From positions 6,934 to 70,933 of IMG/VR virus record IMGVR_UViG_3300031539_010038: a stretch of 64,000 nt of DNA. One strand, written 5' to 3'. Source of the stretch: a virus. The notes below the pieces were generated by a model, which saw only the letters and a program-made list of their open reading frames with translations, did not search any database and was not told where the DNA came from. Below are positions 18,072 through 27,949 of this stretch, in pieces. The number at the start of each line of letters is the position of its first letter. Position 1 is the stretch's first letter. A program made the position numbers and the translations under genes.

Positions 18072-18584
18072 ATGGATTCTGAAAATAAGCCTTTTTTCCC
18101 AAATCAAAAGATTCCTTTGAATTCCCGTAAAGATAAAGATGGAAAAACTTTCTTTATTGGAAGAATGAAAAATTCAACTGTCTTGGATTTTTCTGCTGGT
18201 ATGGCTGTGTTGGTATTTACTTCCGAGGAGGAAGAAGAGGAATTGCAGCTTGCTCCGCTGGACTCTAGGCGTCCTACATATGGTAGGTATAGAACCTCAT
18301 CGGATAGAATCCATTTGAGCCTAGATTCTCGTGAGGATAAAGAAAAGAAAGTGTATTACATTGGCAAGCTTAAGCTCGACAAGGTAATGTATGCTCACGA
18401 TGGGATAACCTTTATGGTTTATCTATCTAAAAAGGGTGTGGAAGAAGTTCAACTCGTAGGCAAATATGGTCCCGCTCCTGATTGGAAATACCATCAGAGC
18501 AGTGCCGAAACAGACGTTCAAGAAATTGAGCAAACACCAGACGAGGTGGAATTAGATTTGCCTCATGCATCGATGGAGTATTAA
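18072..18584 (+). CDS. Hypothetical protein with two tandem homologous domains
   Basis: LNSRKDKDGKTFFIGRMK...EELQL vs LDSREDKEKKVYYIGKLK...EEVQL. Confidence 0.75.
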   Translation: MDSENKPFFPNQKIPLNSRKDKDGKTFFIGRMKNSTVLDFSAGMAVLVFTSEEEEEELQLAPLDSRRPTYGRYRTSSDRIHLSLDSREDKEKKVYYIGKLKLDKVMYAHDGITFMVYLSKKGVEEVQLVGKYGPAPDWKYHQSSAETDVQEIEQTPDEVELDLPHASMEY

Positions 18585-18585
18585 A

Positions 18586-19110
18586 ATGGATGAGAAAAAA
18601 CTGAATCGTGTAGAAGCAAAGAGGAATCAAAAAGAAGAGCTTAAAAAGTTGTGGAAACTTCATTTAAGCAATCCAGGAGGAACTAGGAATGTAATTTTTG
18701 GTTACTTCAAAATGGAGACCACAACAGGAGTAGGTCACGCTTGCGTTGCTCTTCTTCGCCCTGAGAAAGGTTCCCATAGCGCTGAATACAAGGCTGCTGT
18801 AGCGTTTGGGTCTCCTTTGGATGTTATGAATCGAAATAAGGCAAGAAAAATTGCTTTCGGTAGGCTGTTTTCTGATCGAGAAAACCGAAACTTTACCTTC
18901 ACTTGCAAGGCTGAAACAATCGTTGGAGTTATGCAGGATGCTCTTAGGCATGCCTCAAGTACTGACTTGATTATCACCAAGGGTGACCGTCAAAGAAAGA
19001 TGCTTTATTCTCCTAAGTGGTTGCAGGTTGCTTTAGGAGAGAGCAAAATCTTCGAGCCTACCAGAATAAGCAAGGAAAAGAAAGAAATCGAAGAAAAGAA
19101 GACTGCGTAA
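18586..19110 (+). CDS. Hypothetical protein
   Basis: ORF; SD-like GGAG upstream. Confidence 0.7.
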   Translation: MDEKKLNRVEAKRNQKEELKKLWKLHLSNPGGTRNVIFGYFKMETTTGVGHACVALLRPEKGSHSAEYKAAVAFGSPLDVMNRNKARKIAFGRLFSDRENRNFTFTCKAETIVGVMQDALRHASSTDLIITKGDRQRKMLYSPKWLQVALGESKIFEPTRISKEKKEIEEKKTA

Positions 19111-19130
19111 TCTTGGTGTGCAAACCTGGG

Positions 19131-19174
19131 ATGTCCCTAATAGCTGACAGCTATTAGGGACATTTTGTTATTTT
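19131..19174 (+). terminator. Rho-independent terminator
   Basis: Perfect 16-bp inverted repeat ATGTCCCTAATAGCTG-A-CAGCTATTAGGGACAT followed by a T-rich run. Confidence 0.8.
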
Positions 19175-19176
19175 AA

Positions 19177-19410
19177 ATGTATATTCATCATAAATATATA
19201 AAAACCGTTTTCCCGATGGTAAAAAAAGAGGGGGTAATAATTAAAAATTTTACCAAAATCTCTTGGGTGAAGAACTGCGACCAATGGATGCTCTATAAAA
19301 CTCCTTACCGTCCCCCATACCGAAGCTCGGTCGATAGATCTTGGCATTATCTTCGTTGGGGATTTTCCAGCAAATCTGACAGACCTATAAAAGAATCCGT
19401 CGTTATATAG
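19177..19410 (+). CDS. Small protein, HxKY N-terminal family
   Basis: MYIHHKYIKTV. Confidence 0.6.
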   Translation: MYIHHKYIKTVFPMVKKEGVIIKNFTKISWVKNCDQWMLYKTPYRPPYRSSVDRSWHYLRWGFSSKSDRPIKESVVI

Positions 19411-19418
19411 ATATTTAT

Positions 19419-19718
19419 ATGATTCATTTTGAGCAGCTATGGGAACTTGCGGAAAGATTAACTCTTAAGTATAAAATCTCTCCGGAAGAACAAGATATTC
19501 GTCAGCAAAGATTAGCGTCAAAACTGGTGATGTCCTCAGAGGAAGACTGGACGGATGCTAATTTGATGGGAGACTTTCTGCTAAACTTAAGCAGAATATC
19601 TCAACAAAAGAACATAAATGCCTATCAGGCGCTGAAGCAATCCATGGAAGACTTCGAGAGCGAAAATATAGAAAAAGATGCTGATAAAGGCTCAGGAATC
19701 TTCCCAGCAGATACTTGA
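19419..19718 (+). CDS. Hypothetical protein (possibly MazG-like helical fold)
   Basis: HFEQLWE...MGDFLL.L...NIN...AL pattern. Confidence 0.6.
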   Translation: MIHFEQLWELAERLTLKYKISPEEQDIRQQRLASKLVMSSEEDWTDANLMGDFLLNLSRISQQKNINAYQALKQSMEDFESENIEKDADKGSGIFPADT

Positions 19719-20141
19719 ATGAAGATTTGATGGAATGTTTTCGATTGGAAACCATTCAAATTCCGTATTTTCATACGTATCTAGGTCTATTTTCTCTGTG
19801 AAGTCTTTTTTGTCTTTTAGACTCATTGGGCTTAAAAATATGTGATATGTGAACCTACTTCCCTGTGTCACTGGCCCAGGAGATATCTCTAGCGGAGGTA
19901 ACACTCCCAGCTCCTCCTCAGCCTCTCGTAAGGCCCCATCACGAGGCTTTTCGTCCTCCTTCAGCGCCCCACCAGGGAGGTTCCATGAGCCCCCCTCACG
20001 GCCATTCTCGGAGCGTTTAAGGAGCAGGACAGTACCATCCTCTGGGCAATGAAAAAGAACACCAGCGCCCATATCAGTTCTATCCTTAGTGCTGGCCTTT
20101 AAATATAAGGTTGCAAGATTAAGATAATAATCATTCATCAT
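19692..20141 (-). CDS. NUDIX hydrolase
   Basis: Nudix box GGALKEDEKPRDGALREAEEELG; likely start at MMNDYY. Confidence 0.92.
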   Translation of the reverse strand: MMNDYYLNLATLYLKASTKDRTDMGAGVLFHCPEDGTVLLLKRSENGREGGSWNLPGGALKEDEKPRDGALREAEEELGVLPPLEISPGPVTQGSRFTYHIFLSPMSLKDKKDFTEKIDLDTYENTEFEWFPIENIPSNLHSSICWEDS

Positions 20142-20166
20142 ACTTGAATAATATGTAAGAATATGC

Positions 20167-20195
20167 TTGACTTTTGAGGGCTTTCTTCGTATCAT
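20167..20195 (+). promoter_or_regulatory. Sigma70-type promoter (probably leaderless transcript)
   Basis: TTGACT-N17-TATCAT; ATG 6 nt downstream. Confidence 0.75.
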
Positions 20196-20201
20196 AATTA
20201 C

Positions 20202-20852
20202 ATGAGCAATATTGTGGGGTTGCTGGCCTTTCTTGCATCAATGTCTCTGGCTCTCATGGGTCATGCCGAGGAAAGAGAGGGTATAATGCCCAAACCTTCT
20301 GAGGTATTGCCGGAGCCAATAAAATTAACCAAGTCTTGCAGTAAAATATCTATAATTGAATGGAGGGGAACCGATCCAAATAAGGAGTCTAGTGATATCC
20401 TGGATAAGATTTGCAATGAAGCCTTCAACAAGTTTAGAAGATTTGTTTCTTATAAGGGATATAACTATAGCGAGGCTGATTTTTCACTTACGGTGTCTTT
20501 AATTCCGGCCCACCCAAATAATGGTGGCTCGGAATATCGCAATTTAAATGATATAAATAAAAGGTTTGCTAATCGAACAAAGTATTTTACTCCGGAAGGA
20601 CAAATAATTCCTATCTGGGGTTATTATCATTTTAATAACAATCATATCTTCATAAGAAATGATGTTTTAAATGAAGATAACAAAGTTAATGATAGATTTG
20701 TAACTATATGGGCTCATGAGCTATTCCATGCGATGTCTTATCGTCACGGTATAAGGAGCCAGCATAATAGATTTTTTCCAAAACTTTCGCTTGGCATGGC
20801 AGAAGAAAAAAGAGCTGAGCAGTTCACTCAATTTCTTGGGCTGGGTATCTAA
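20202..20852 (+). CDS. Secreted zincin-like metalloprotease
   Basis: Signal peptide; HELFH followed by EE..A. Confidence 0.7.
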   Translation: MSNIVGLLAFLASMSLALMGHAEEREGIMPKPSEVLPEPIKLTKSCSKISIIEWRGTDPNKESSDILDKICNEAFNKFRRFVSYKGYNYSEADFSLTVSLIPAHPNNGGSEYRNLNDINKRFANRTKYFTPEGQIIPIWGYYHFNNNHIFIRNDVLNEDNKVNDRFVTIWAHELFHAMSYRHGIRSQHNRFFPKLSLGMAEEKRAEQFTQFLGLGI

Positions 20853-21566
20853 ATGTTTAGAAAAATATCAATCATGGATTCAACAAAAATAGCAGTTGTT
20901 GGAGATATTCATGAACATGAGGAACAATTTGATAAACTAGTGGATCTTTGGAAACCAGGATCTCAAAGATTAATAGTATTTGTTGGTGATATATATGACA
21001 AAGGATATGGGTTTGGTGTAGCTGAATCAATTACTTTTAAGATTAAGAAATTAATTGATAATGGTTTTGCCTATACCGTTAAAGGTAATCATGAATTAAA
21101 GCATATTTATACTTCTCGTCGAGATGGGCTGGCATTATCATCAGGATTAAAGTACTTCGCAAGTCAGCCGCTTGCCTTAAGCTTTCAATTTAATAACAAA
21201 ACAACGTTATTGGTAGTACACGCCGGCGTGGCTCCATATCATAAGCTAAATGATTTGGGATATACAGTAGAAACATCCTATATTAGATATTTAAATAAAA
21301 ATAACAGGATGATAAACTTAAAAAAGCAAGATGGGGAATATGTCCTTCCTGCGGGGTGTAAGCTTTGGCATAAGGTATATGATGGAAGGTTCGGCTATAT
21401 AGCCAGTGGCCATCTAGCGCAATCAGATGGCATGCCAAAGTTTTATAATTACTCTTGTAATTTGGATTCTGGTGTTTTTCGTACTGGAAAGCTTGTGGCA
21501 CAGGTCTTCGGCTCCAAAGGTAGAGAAAATCTCTTAGAGGTTTCGGGACCAAGCTATGTAAAATGA
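20853..21566 (+). CDS. Metallophosphoesterase (ApaH/PrpE/Pnkp-phosphatase-like)
   Basis: GDIHE, GDIYDKG, GNHE, VHAG, GH, LDSG. Confidence 0.88.
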   Translation: MFRKISIMDSTKIAVVGDIHEHEEQFDKLVDLWKPGSQRLIVFVGDIYDKGYGFGVAESITFKIKKLIDNGFAYTVKGNHELKHIYTSRRDGLALSSGLKYFASQPLALSFQFNNKTTLLVVHAGVAPYHKLNDLGYTVETSYIRYLNKNNRMINLKKQDGEYVLPAGCKLWHKVYDGRFGYIASGHLAQSDGMPKFYNYSCNLDSGVFRTGKLVAQVFGSKGRENLLEVSGPSYVK

Positions 21567-21859
21567 ATGAGATTTTTTATCCAGACATCTTTCAATATTT
21601 AGAAGAAACAGGGCACCAGACCCCAATATCGCTGATTAGATTGGAAGACCTTTTGGCAAAGGTACGCGCAGATACAGGAGCACATCCAGATGCTATTAAG
21701 GCAATATTAACGCTTTTCTTGCAAGAAATAAGAACCTCAATAATAAAAAATCAAAAAATAAATATTCCCAACTTGGGGACATTTTCATCTTCGCATGGTA
21801 CTCACTTTAGGCCAAGCGATATGTTAGCTCATAGGATAAATGATGGTAGAAAATATTGA
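21563..21859 (+). CDS. HU/IHF-like DNA-binding protein (divergent)
   Basis: QKINIPNLGTF...FRPS. Confidence 0.6.
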   Translation: MNEIFYPDIFQYLEETGHQTPISLIRLEDLLAKVRADTGAHPDAIKAILTLFLQEIRTSIIKNQKINIPNLGTFSSSHGTHFRPSDMLAHRINDGRKY

Positions 21860-22142
21860 TTTTAAAGAAATAGCCCCTTCTCTTAAGTCTGATGTACTTG
21901 CAGCTCAAGTGGTTATCTATAGAGCTTTGCAATTAAATAAAGATCGTGCAATAGCTTCTATGGAAGAATTAGCAAGGCGAAAGAAAAATGGAGAAACATT
22001 TGATTATGAATCTTATATTAAGACGGAATTGGCCAAATTTCCAAATATAAAGAATACAACAGAAGATATTCTCAAATCATCTAGAATGATTGAATCAAGC
22101 CTAATCGGCTTAGCCAAATTAGGAAAAGGCAATGTTGGATAG
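21843..22142 (+). CDS. Hypothetical protein
   Basis: ORF within the operon. Confidence 0.7.
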   Translation: MVENIDFKEIAPSLKSDVLAAQVVIYRALQLNKDRAIASMEELARRKKNGETFDYESYIKTELAKFPNIKNTTEDILKSSRMIESSLIGLAKLGKGNVG

Positions 22143-22647
22143 ATTAAATAGAGAGATAATCTTACATATCTTTCAACATCTTGGTATAGCCAAAACCAAA
22201 CAATTTGGCTCAGTTGGTTTAACAATTCCAGCATTAAAGATAAATAATCTAAGCGTCGAGTTGGAATCTAATAATGTTAGAACCAGACACCCGGTTTATG
22301 CCGGTCAGGTGAACCCCCCGGAGGGGGGATGTTTTAAGGCCTTGGTCGTAGACCTGACATTAGAAAATGAGCCTTGGGAATTTTTGGTGGTCTTTAGAAA
22401 CCAAGAAATGCCTACTTTTGGTATTCAGCTCATTATGAATGATGATGATAATGGAAGATTTGAAATTCTCCATCCAGATCCTAAAATATGGATCAAAGTA
22501 AATAACTATCAAAAATGCATGAGCCTTGCGGGATTTGAGATGATAACATCTTCTGGTTCATTTTGGAATCCGTTAGATGAGACAGAAGCATTATACAATG
22601 CTGCTCTATCATTTCTGCAAGAGGGAGAAAAAGAAGATGGCGGATGA
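22132..22647 (+). CDS. Hypothetical protein
   Basis: 171-aa ORF. Confidence 0.7.
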   Translation: MLDRLNREIILHIFQHLGIAKTKQFGSVGLTIPALKINNLSVELESNNVRTRHPVYAGQVNPPEGGCFKALVVDLTLENEPWEFLVVFRNQEMPTFGIQLIMNDDDNGRFEILHPDPKIWIKVNNYQKCMSLAGFEMITSSGSFWNPLDETEALYNAALSFLQEGEKEDGG

Positions 22648-23149
22648 TTACAGTGAGTACATATCGGGTGAGTACATATCGACATTTGTGTCTAAATGTA
22701 TAATAGATGGACAGCTTAAAGCTGCTAAGATAGCAGAATTAGCTCAGGATGAAATCTCATCCTTAGAAGATGAGATTAAAGTAATAGAATCTCTACGAGA
22801 GAAACAGAAAGATCTTAAACAGCTAATTGCTAAATTTAAACCTCAACAGCAAAAACAAGATAAGATTATAGATACTTCAATTTCAGAAGAACATCTTTCT
22901 TCTTTTCAAAAGAAAACACATACTAATATTTGTGAATTTATAGAGAAGCGTATACCAGATTCGGTGACACCAAGAGAGATTTTAAATATATTCATAAATG
23001 AGGAGCAATCGGCGTGCTACACTGGTATCAAGTGGTTATTAGAGCATGAGATTATATGTAGGCATGGAGAAGGTGTATATAGAACTCTAGCCCCAGGTAG
23101 TAAATGGGATGAAAGACCTATTAGTACCAATAAAGATGGAAAAAGCTGA
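22637..23149 (+). CDS. Coiled-coil protein with possible C-terminal winged helix
   Basis: Heptad region, then VTPREIL...IKWLLEHEII.R; GGGAG SD. Confidence 0.65.
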   Translation: MADDYSEYISGEYISTFVSKCIIDGQLKAAKIAELAQDEISSLEDEIKVIESLREKQKDLKQLIAKFKPQQQKQDKIIDTSISEEHLSSFQKKTHTNICEFIEKRIPDSVTPREILNIFINEEQSACYTGIKWLLEHEIICRHGEGVYRTLAPGSKWDERPISTNKDGKS

Positions 23150-23324
23150 TTACTTAGTAAAATTAACGAAAGAAGAGTTGGAATATAACTTATCTCTGCT
23201 TAGCTCGCAGAAAAGCAAGCTATCAAGTGAATCAGATAGATTGACATCTTTGATTATAGGAATAAAGGAAGAGCTGCTTCGTCGTAAGCAGCAGGACGTT
23301 GAGTTTATTTCGTACGATGACTAA
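23136..23324 (+). CDS. Small coiled-coil protein
   Basis: ORF within the operon. Confidence 0.6.
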   Translation: MEKADYLVKLTKEELEYNLSLLSSQKSKLSSESDRLTSLIIGIKEELLRRKQQDVEFISYDD

Positions 23325-23625
23325 AACTCAAATCATAGATAAAATCTATGAAAAATATGAGGGTACTGTATCAAAATGTTTGATATCCGATGTGATAGAT
23401 TCATTTTGCATTCGGTTATCCACAAAGATCACCGAAGAGCAATCGGTATCTATTCATAATTTTGGAACCTTTGCATTGCAGAGTCGTTCTGAATGGGTAA
23501 GGTATAACCCGAATTCGAGAGAGCGAGAATCGGTTCCTGCTAAGGAAACGATCAAGTTCATACCTCATTTTAACTTTCAACAGCTAAGAAAGCAAGTAAA
23601 GAGGAAAGAATGGCAGAAGAAGTAG
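23317..23625 (+). CDS. HU/IHF-family DNA-binding protein
   Basis: MTKTQII, VSIHNFGTF, NPNSRE..VPA...KFIP. Confidence 0.85.
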   Translation: MTKTQIIDKIYEKYEGTVSKCLISDVIDSFCIRLSTKITEEQSVSIHNFGTFALQSRSEWVRYNPNSRERESVPAKETIKFIPHFNFQQLRKQVKRKEWQKK

Positions 23626-24116
23626 CAGAGAAACGTGGAAGAGGACGGCCAGCGGGATATAGTCCAGGCAAAAGATCTACAGTATGGGGCTGTGCGGCTA
23701 TAAAAGAAGGGAAAATTATACTAGAAAGGATAACTCCTCCCGATAATACACCAGCGGATTTAAGAGCCAGTTTTACAATAGCTGATGCTGAAAAGATATT
23801 TATGGATCAGCATGGTGTTAAGCCAGAAATCATAGGCCCTTTTCATGATAAAAAGGGAGGGCAGAAGGCAGAATCCTCTAAAAAGAAAACAATCTCTGTG
23901 AATCTTGCAGAGCTAAGCATCTCGGACGAAAAATATCAAGCAATATATCAAAATTGGAAAGGTGTTGCTCATCTAACAAAGGAAGATAACCAGTGTGTTT
24001 TCTTTATTGGCCAATTTCCAATAGATAAAAATGAGAAGGGCTCCCCTCCAATGAAGCTTTTAAATATTTCTGATGTAAAGAAAGTGGAAAAAGTTTTAGA
24101 AAATACTATTTCCTAA
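23610..24116 (+). CDS. AT-hook-containing hypothetical protein
   Basis: KRGRGRP. Confidence 0.7.
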   Translation: MAEEVAEKRGRGRPAGYSPGKRSTVWGCAAIKEGKIILERITPPDNTPADLRASFTIADAEKIFMDQHGVKPEIIGPFHDKKGGQKAESSKKKTISVNLAELSISDEKYQAIYQNWKGVAHLTKEDNQCVFFIGQFPIDKNEKGSPPMKLLNISDVKKVEKVLENTIS

Positions 24117-24131
24117 ACATCTAAAGGTGAT

Positions 24132-24168
24132 TGAAGGATCTAGGAAGAATAAAATCCTGGATCCTTCA
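24132..24168. repeat. Hairpin upstream of the dksA-like gene (terminator or regulatory)
   Basis: TGAAGGATCTAGGA ... TCCTGGATCCTTCA. Confidence 0.6.
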
Positions 24169-24182
24169 TATTAGGACAACAT

Positions 24183-24563
24183 ATGAAGAAACTAACGAAA
24201 ACTAAATTAAAAAAGTTCAAAACGTTCTTTGTGAACAAAAGAGAGCGTCTACTTATCTCTTATATGCAAAAAGTAAATGACTCCATTACAATGGGGTTTC
24301 AAGCCTTTGGTGACGAAATTGACCTTGTTCAAATTCGACAATTAAAGGAAATTACAGATCGTCTCTCTAGTAGAGATAGAGATGGTCTACATAAGATTGA
24401 TTACGCAATTAAGCGTATAGCCGATGGCTCATTTGGTATTTGTGAAGAATGCGAGGAACCAATTCCAGAGAAACGATTGGAAGCTATTCCAGACTGCTCA
24501 TTCTGTATTCAATGCGCTGAGCAAATCGAATTTGATTCAAAACAATATAGACAGATACCCTAA
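24183..24563 (+). CDS. dksA: DksA/TraR-family C4 zinc-finger transcription factor
   Basis: GDEID, KIDYAIKRI..GSFGICEEC.EPI...RLEAIP...CIQCA. Confidence 0.9.
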   Translation: MKKLTKTKLKKFKTFFVNKRERLLISYMQKVNDSITMGFQAFGDEIDLVQIRQLKEITDRLSSRDRDGLHKIDYAIKRIADGSFGICEECEEPIPEKRLEAIPDCSFCIQCAEQIEFDSKQYRQIP

Positions 24564-24623
24564 GTTATTGAAATAATTGAGGTTTTTGCTATTATAATAA
24601 ATATCTTATCATTTTAGGATATC

Positions 24624-25346
24624 TTGCCATTTAATAGGATGGTAGAAACAACAAAAATGCTTGGATGTGGACTCCTAGAGATGGAGCAAACAGCTTCGAC
24701 TATCGGAGATATTTATTCAAAATCGGTGGAATCTCATTCCTTATTCATTAAGGATGAGATAGATTCCGAGAATGCTACTCATATAGCAGCAAGCATGATT
24801 TATTTATCTCAAAAGGATCCTTCAAAGGAAATAACTATTTATATAAACAGTATAGGAGGTACTATCTTCGGTGGCCTCCTGACTATTTATGATACAATGC
24901 AGGCTATCCAAGCTCCAATTAGAACATTCTGTATTGGGGAGGCTTATAGTAGTGCTGCCATCATAATGGCCTCAGGCACTCCGGGGAGAAGATTTTTATT
25001 TCCTAATTCTAAAGTAATGATCCATGCTATTCAATTATCTGATGTCTCTGGAAGTTCTTCTGAACTTGAAAGAGAAATGAAGAGGATAAAGATAGAGAAC
25101 AAAGCATTAATGGAAATAATAGCTAGGCACACCGGCCAACCATTAAACAAGGTTAAAAGAGATTGCAAAGAGGATTATTATTTAAATGCTGAGGAGGCTA
25201 TTAAATATGGATTGGCTGATGAAATAGCATCTCCGATCAAGAAAATCCCCAATCTTAGCAAAATATCAAGAGCTATTAAAAAAAGCAACATAATACAGAC
25301 CGTTCCTAATAGTTTATTGGTAAACAACTCCAAAAATGAGCAATAA
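24624..25346 (+). CDS. clpP: ClpP protease subunit
   Basis: IYINSIGG, IYDTMQ, AYSSAA (Ser), MIHA (His), EDYYLNAEEA..YGLAD; start uncertain. Confidence 0.92.
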   Translation: MPFNRMVETTKMLGCGLLEMEQTASTIGDIYSKSVESHSLFIKDEIDSENATHIAASMIYLSQKDPSKEITIYINSIGGTIFGGLLTIYDTMQAIQAPIRTFCIGEAYSSAAIIMASGTPGRRFLFPNSKVMIHAIQLSDVSGSSSELEREMKRIKIENKALMEIIARHTGQPLNKVKRDCKEDYYLNAEEAIKYGLADEIASPIKKIPNLSKISRAIKKSNIIQTVPNSLLVNNSKNEQ

Positions 25347-25360
25347 TATCATATATTGGC

Positions 25361-26710
25361 ATGACCGATAAGATTGCGCGAAAATCGTCTGAAGATCCAA
25401 CGCAAGAGGCCTTGCGTGCTAATAAAGATAGTTGGAACAGCGCTACTACTACTTTGATCGCTAAGTTAATTGCTTTCAAACGTGGCTTGAACGGCCGAGG
25501 CGAACCCAAGGCGGGAATCCCTCCCTCTAGTATCAAAGAGCCTCTACCGCCAGAATTAGGCCAGTACTTGGCAGATCTGGCGCAGGACTATGTGAGCGTG
25601 GTGAATGGGGCTGAGAGTATAATCAAAGAGCAAGAGAGGTATAGTAATTCTCGTAGAAAGTCTGCTTCAGCGCCAGAGATTGTTTCTGTAGCCTCCTGGT
25701 GGGGAAGCCAACAATGGGCAAAGGTTCATCTCTTTACAAGATCCCAAGCCGAAAGAAAACTTCGTCTTAGTGTCCTTAGCTCAGCAAAAAAATTAGAAAA
25801 AGAATTTAGAAAATTAGAATACATATCAACCTCAAAAGGTCTAGAAGGGATTAATGATATATTGAGCGAAACCTTCATGCATTTAAAGGCTTCTCAAAAA
25901 CCGTTATTTGAAACGTTAGAAACTTTAATTCTTAATATGGGTGGAGTAAAGACCAAGGAATTAGGAGAATCCACCTCAGCAAAAGATATAAAACCACAGC
26001 AGGGGCCAGACCGGCCTGCCCAAGCTGCTCCAGAATTAAATTCTGAGCCAATACTTGAAGAGGTAAGGGCTAATATTCAAAATATAGGAGCGTTGTCTAA
26101 AAATACAAATAATGCAGATATTAAGAAATTATACGAATCACTTGCTTCCCTGATTGCCCGCATAGAAATTGCGGAACGAGATGAGGGTGAACAAAAAGAT
26201 CCAGAGTATCAGAGTAATGAAGAAAATGCAAAAGCTATAGCCTTAACTTTATTTAAAGCATTGCAAAGTTATTACAATGCTTTAAATGCTTCATCATTTG
26301 ATGATATAATGACGCTCGTGGATCTCAAAAAAGCAGGAGATCTATTTGTTTTATCAAAATTTAGTCAAAGCAAATTTAAGCGCTGGTGGTCCAGAAGGAA
26401 ATTGAATATTAATTCATCCAATATAGACAAGATGTTTATTCAATTATCTGAAACCTTTTTGGAGGCCGAGTCGGCATTAAATAAAACGATGGATGTTGTA
26501 GAAGATCCGTCTTCCACGGTCGAATATGTTGTAGAAAGCTATAAAATATTATTAGAAAAAATATTACAGATAATTCGTCAGTTATCAGAAGTAACCGAAG
26601 TGGGTTACATGGACATTAAATTAAAGCCAAGAATAAGAGAAAGCTCAATGAAGGCTTTGCTTAAATTGCAGGGTTATTTTGAAGAGAAAACAAAACTTCT
26701 TGGTTCTTAA
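25361..26710 (+). CDS. Hypothetical protein (possibly virion-associated)
   Basis: 449-aa ORF with the ATA-N6-YATAW motif upstream. Confidence 0.75.
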   Translation: MTDKIARKSSEDPTQEALRANKDSWNSATTTLIAKLIAFKRGLNGRGEPKAGIPPSSIKEPLPPELGQYLADLAQDYVSVVNGAESIIKEQERYSNSRRKSASAPEIVSVASWWGSQQWAKVHLFTRSQAERKLRLSVLSSAKKLEKEFRKLEYISTSKGLEGINDILSETFMHLKASQKPLFETLETLILNMGGVKTKELGESTSAKDIKPQQGPDRPAQAAPELNSEPILEEVRANIQNIGALSKNTNNADIKKLYESLASLIARIEIAERDEGEQKDPEYQSNEENAKAIALTLFKALQSYYNALNASSFDDIMTLVDLKKAGDLFVLSKFSQSKFKRWWSRRKLNINSSNIDKMFIQLSETFLEAESALNKTMDVVEDPSSTVEYVVESYKILLEKILQIIRQLSEVTEVGYMDIKLKPRIRESSMKALLKLQGYFEEKTKLLGS

Positions 26711-27749
26711 TCAGATAAGGCTTCCCGTTGTTGTGGCCTTGTCTGAGGCAGAGCAGATTAGAGGATTGATGTATGTAAAAGCCAATCCTCCAGTAATGGT
26801 ATTTCCTTATAATAAAGCAGAACCCAGGAAGTTCTGGATGAAAAATACATATTGCCCATTAGACATTGTATTTTGCAAGAATTCTGAAGTTATTGATATT
26901 TGTCATGGAATCCCCTTATCAAAAAAACTTATTGGGCCCAATGATCCGAGCGATCTTGTAGTAGAGTTCCCACGCGGCATGACCAAAGAGCTTGGAATAT
27001 CTGTAGGTTCTATTCTAAGGATAGAATATCAGACAAAAACGTTAGCAAAACGTTGGGAAGATTACTTAAAGTTAGCAAGCGACGAGAAGGAAGATCCTGA
27101 AGAAGATATTGAATTAGATATACCTATACCTGATTTTGCGAAGGATTATCCAACTTGGGGGCCGGACTCTGTTGAAAAACACACTAAAGACTTTATAAAA
27201 TATCGAAAAAAAGATCTCAAGTCATACAAAAATCTGTCTGGTAAAGGGATAACGGCCTATCACGGTGGACGAGAGTTTGATGATGGATTTTCTTTGGACT
27301 TTGTTGGTTCAGGCGAAGGAATGGGTATTCTTGGTCCAGGCGTATATTTTATAACAAGTAAAAACATTGCAAAAAAATATTGTAAATATGTAGACAGATC
27401 TGCCCTATATACTGTAAACATCAAGTCAGATGGATTGTATGAACCAGCTCAGGGCATTCCAAGAGATCTTCATAATACTCTAAAAACAATAGTACAAGAT
27501 TTAAATCTTCCTAAAACCACAGTAATGTCTTTAACGCATGGAAAAGAATATATTGGAAAGCTAAATGCGGCCTTTGGTCCACATAAGGCAAGACAAATAT
27601 TAGTGAAGGCAGGAATAAAGGGAGCCTATGAAAAGATAGGCGACCATTATGAGATCAGTGTATTTGATCCATCAATTGTTACAATTATTGATAAAGAAAG
27701 CTTTCAACCAAACGAACAAGTCGGCAAGGACGAAGATTCTGAGGTATGA
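26679..27749 (+). CDS. DUF192 domain fused to an ADP-ribosyltransferase-like domain
   Basis: RGLMY, FWMKNT..PLDIVF, VVEF (DUF192); AYHG...GSGEG...GPGVYF...AKKY (ART-like). Confidence 0.75.
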   Translation: MKRKQNFLVLNQIRLPVVVALSEAEQIRGLMYVKANPPVMVFPYNKAEPRKFWMKNTYCPLDIVFCKNSEVIDICHGIPLSKKLIGPNDPSDLVVEFPRGMTKELGISVGSILRIEYQTKTLAKRWEDYLKLASDEKEDPEEDIELDIPIPDFAKDYPTWGPDSVEKHTKDFIKYRKKDLKSYKNLSGKGITAYHGGREFDDGFSLDFVGSGEGMGILGPGVYFITSKNIAKKYCKYVDRSALYTVNIKSDGLYEPAQGIPRDLHNTLKTIVQDLNLPKTTVMSLTHGKEYIGKLNAAFGPHKARQILVKAGIKGAYEKIGDHYEISVFDPSIVTIIDKESFQPNEQVGKDEDSEV

Positions 27750-27937
27750 GCAAAAGATTACTTAATCTAAAGTATGTTAGATTAACAAATATTCATATTC
27801 AAGATGTGCCAAAGCACGTTCATTATCCAATGATGAGAAAAAGATTTTATCTTTGCTCGTCCTGCAATGAATGGGTAGGCAATATTGGCTATTACTGTTA
27901 TAAATGCTATAAGTCTGTATATTTTCCAAAACAATAA
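27746..27937 (+). CDS. Small Zn-ribbon protein, [H/N]xKY family
   Basis: MSKRLLNLKYVRL; CSSC...CYKC. Confidence 0.6.
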   Translation: MSKRLLNLKYVRLTNIHIQDVPKHVHYPMMRKRFYLCSSCNEWVGNIGYYCYKCYKSVYFPKQ

Positions 27938-27949
27938 AGTGATGAAAGA

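Noticed and set aside
20142-20195. N-terminal extension of the NUDIX ORF to 20195
   Set aside because: It overlaps the divergent sigma70 promoter and the candidate late motif; ATG at 20141 is the more plausible start
22653-22681. 14-bp direct repeat GTGAGTACATATCG x2
   Set aside because: A single in-frame micro-duplication (EYIS twice), not an array
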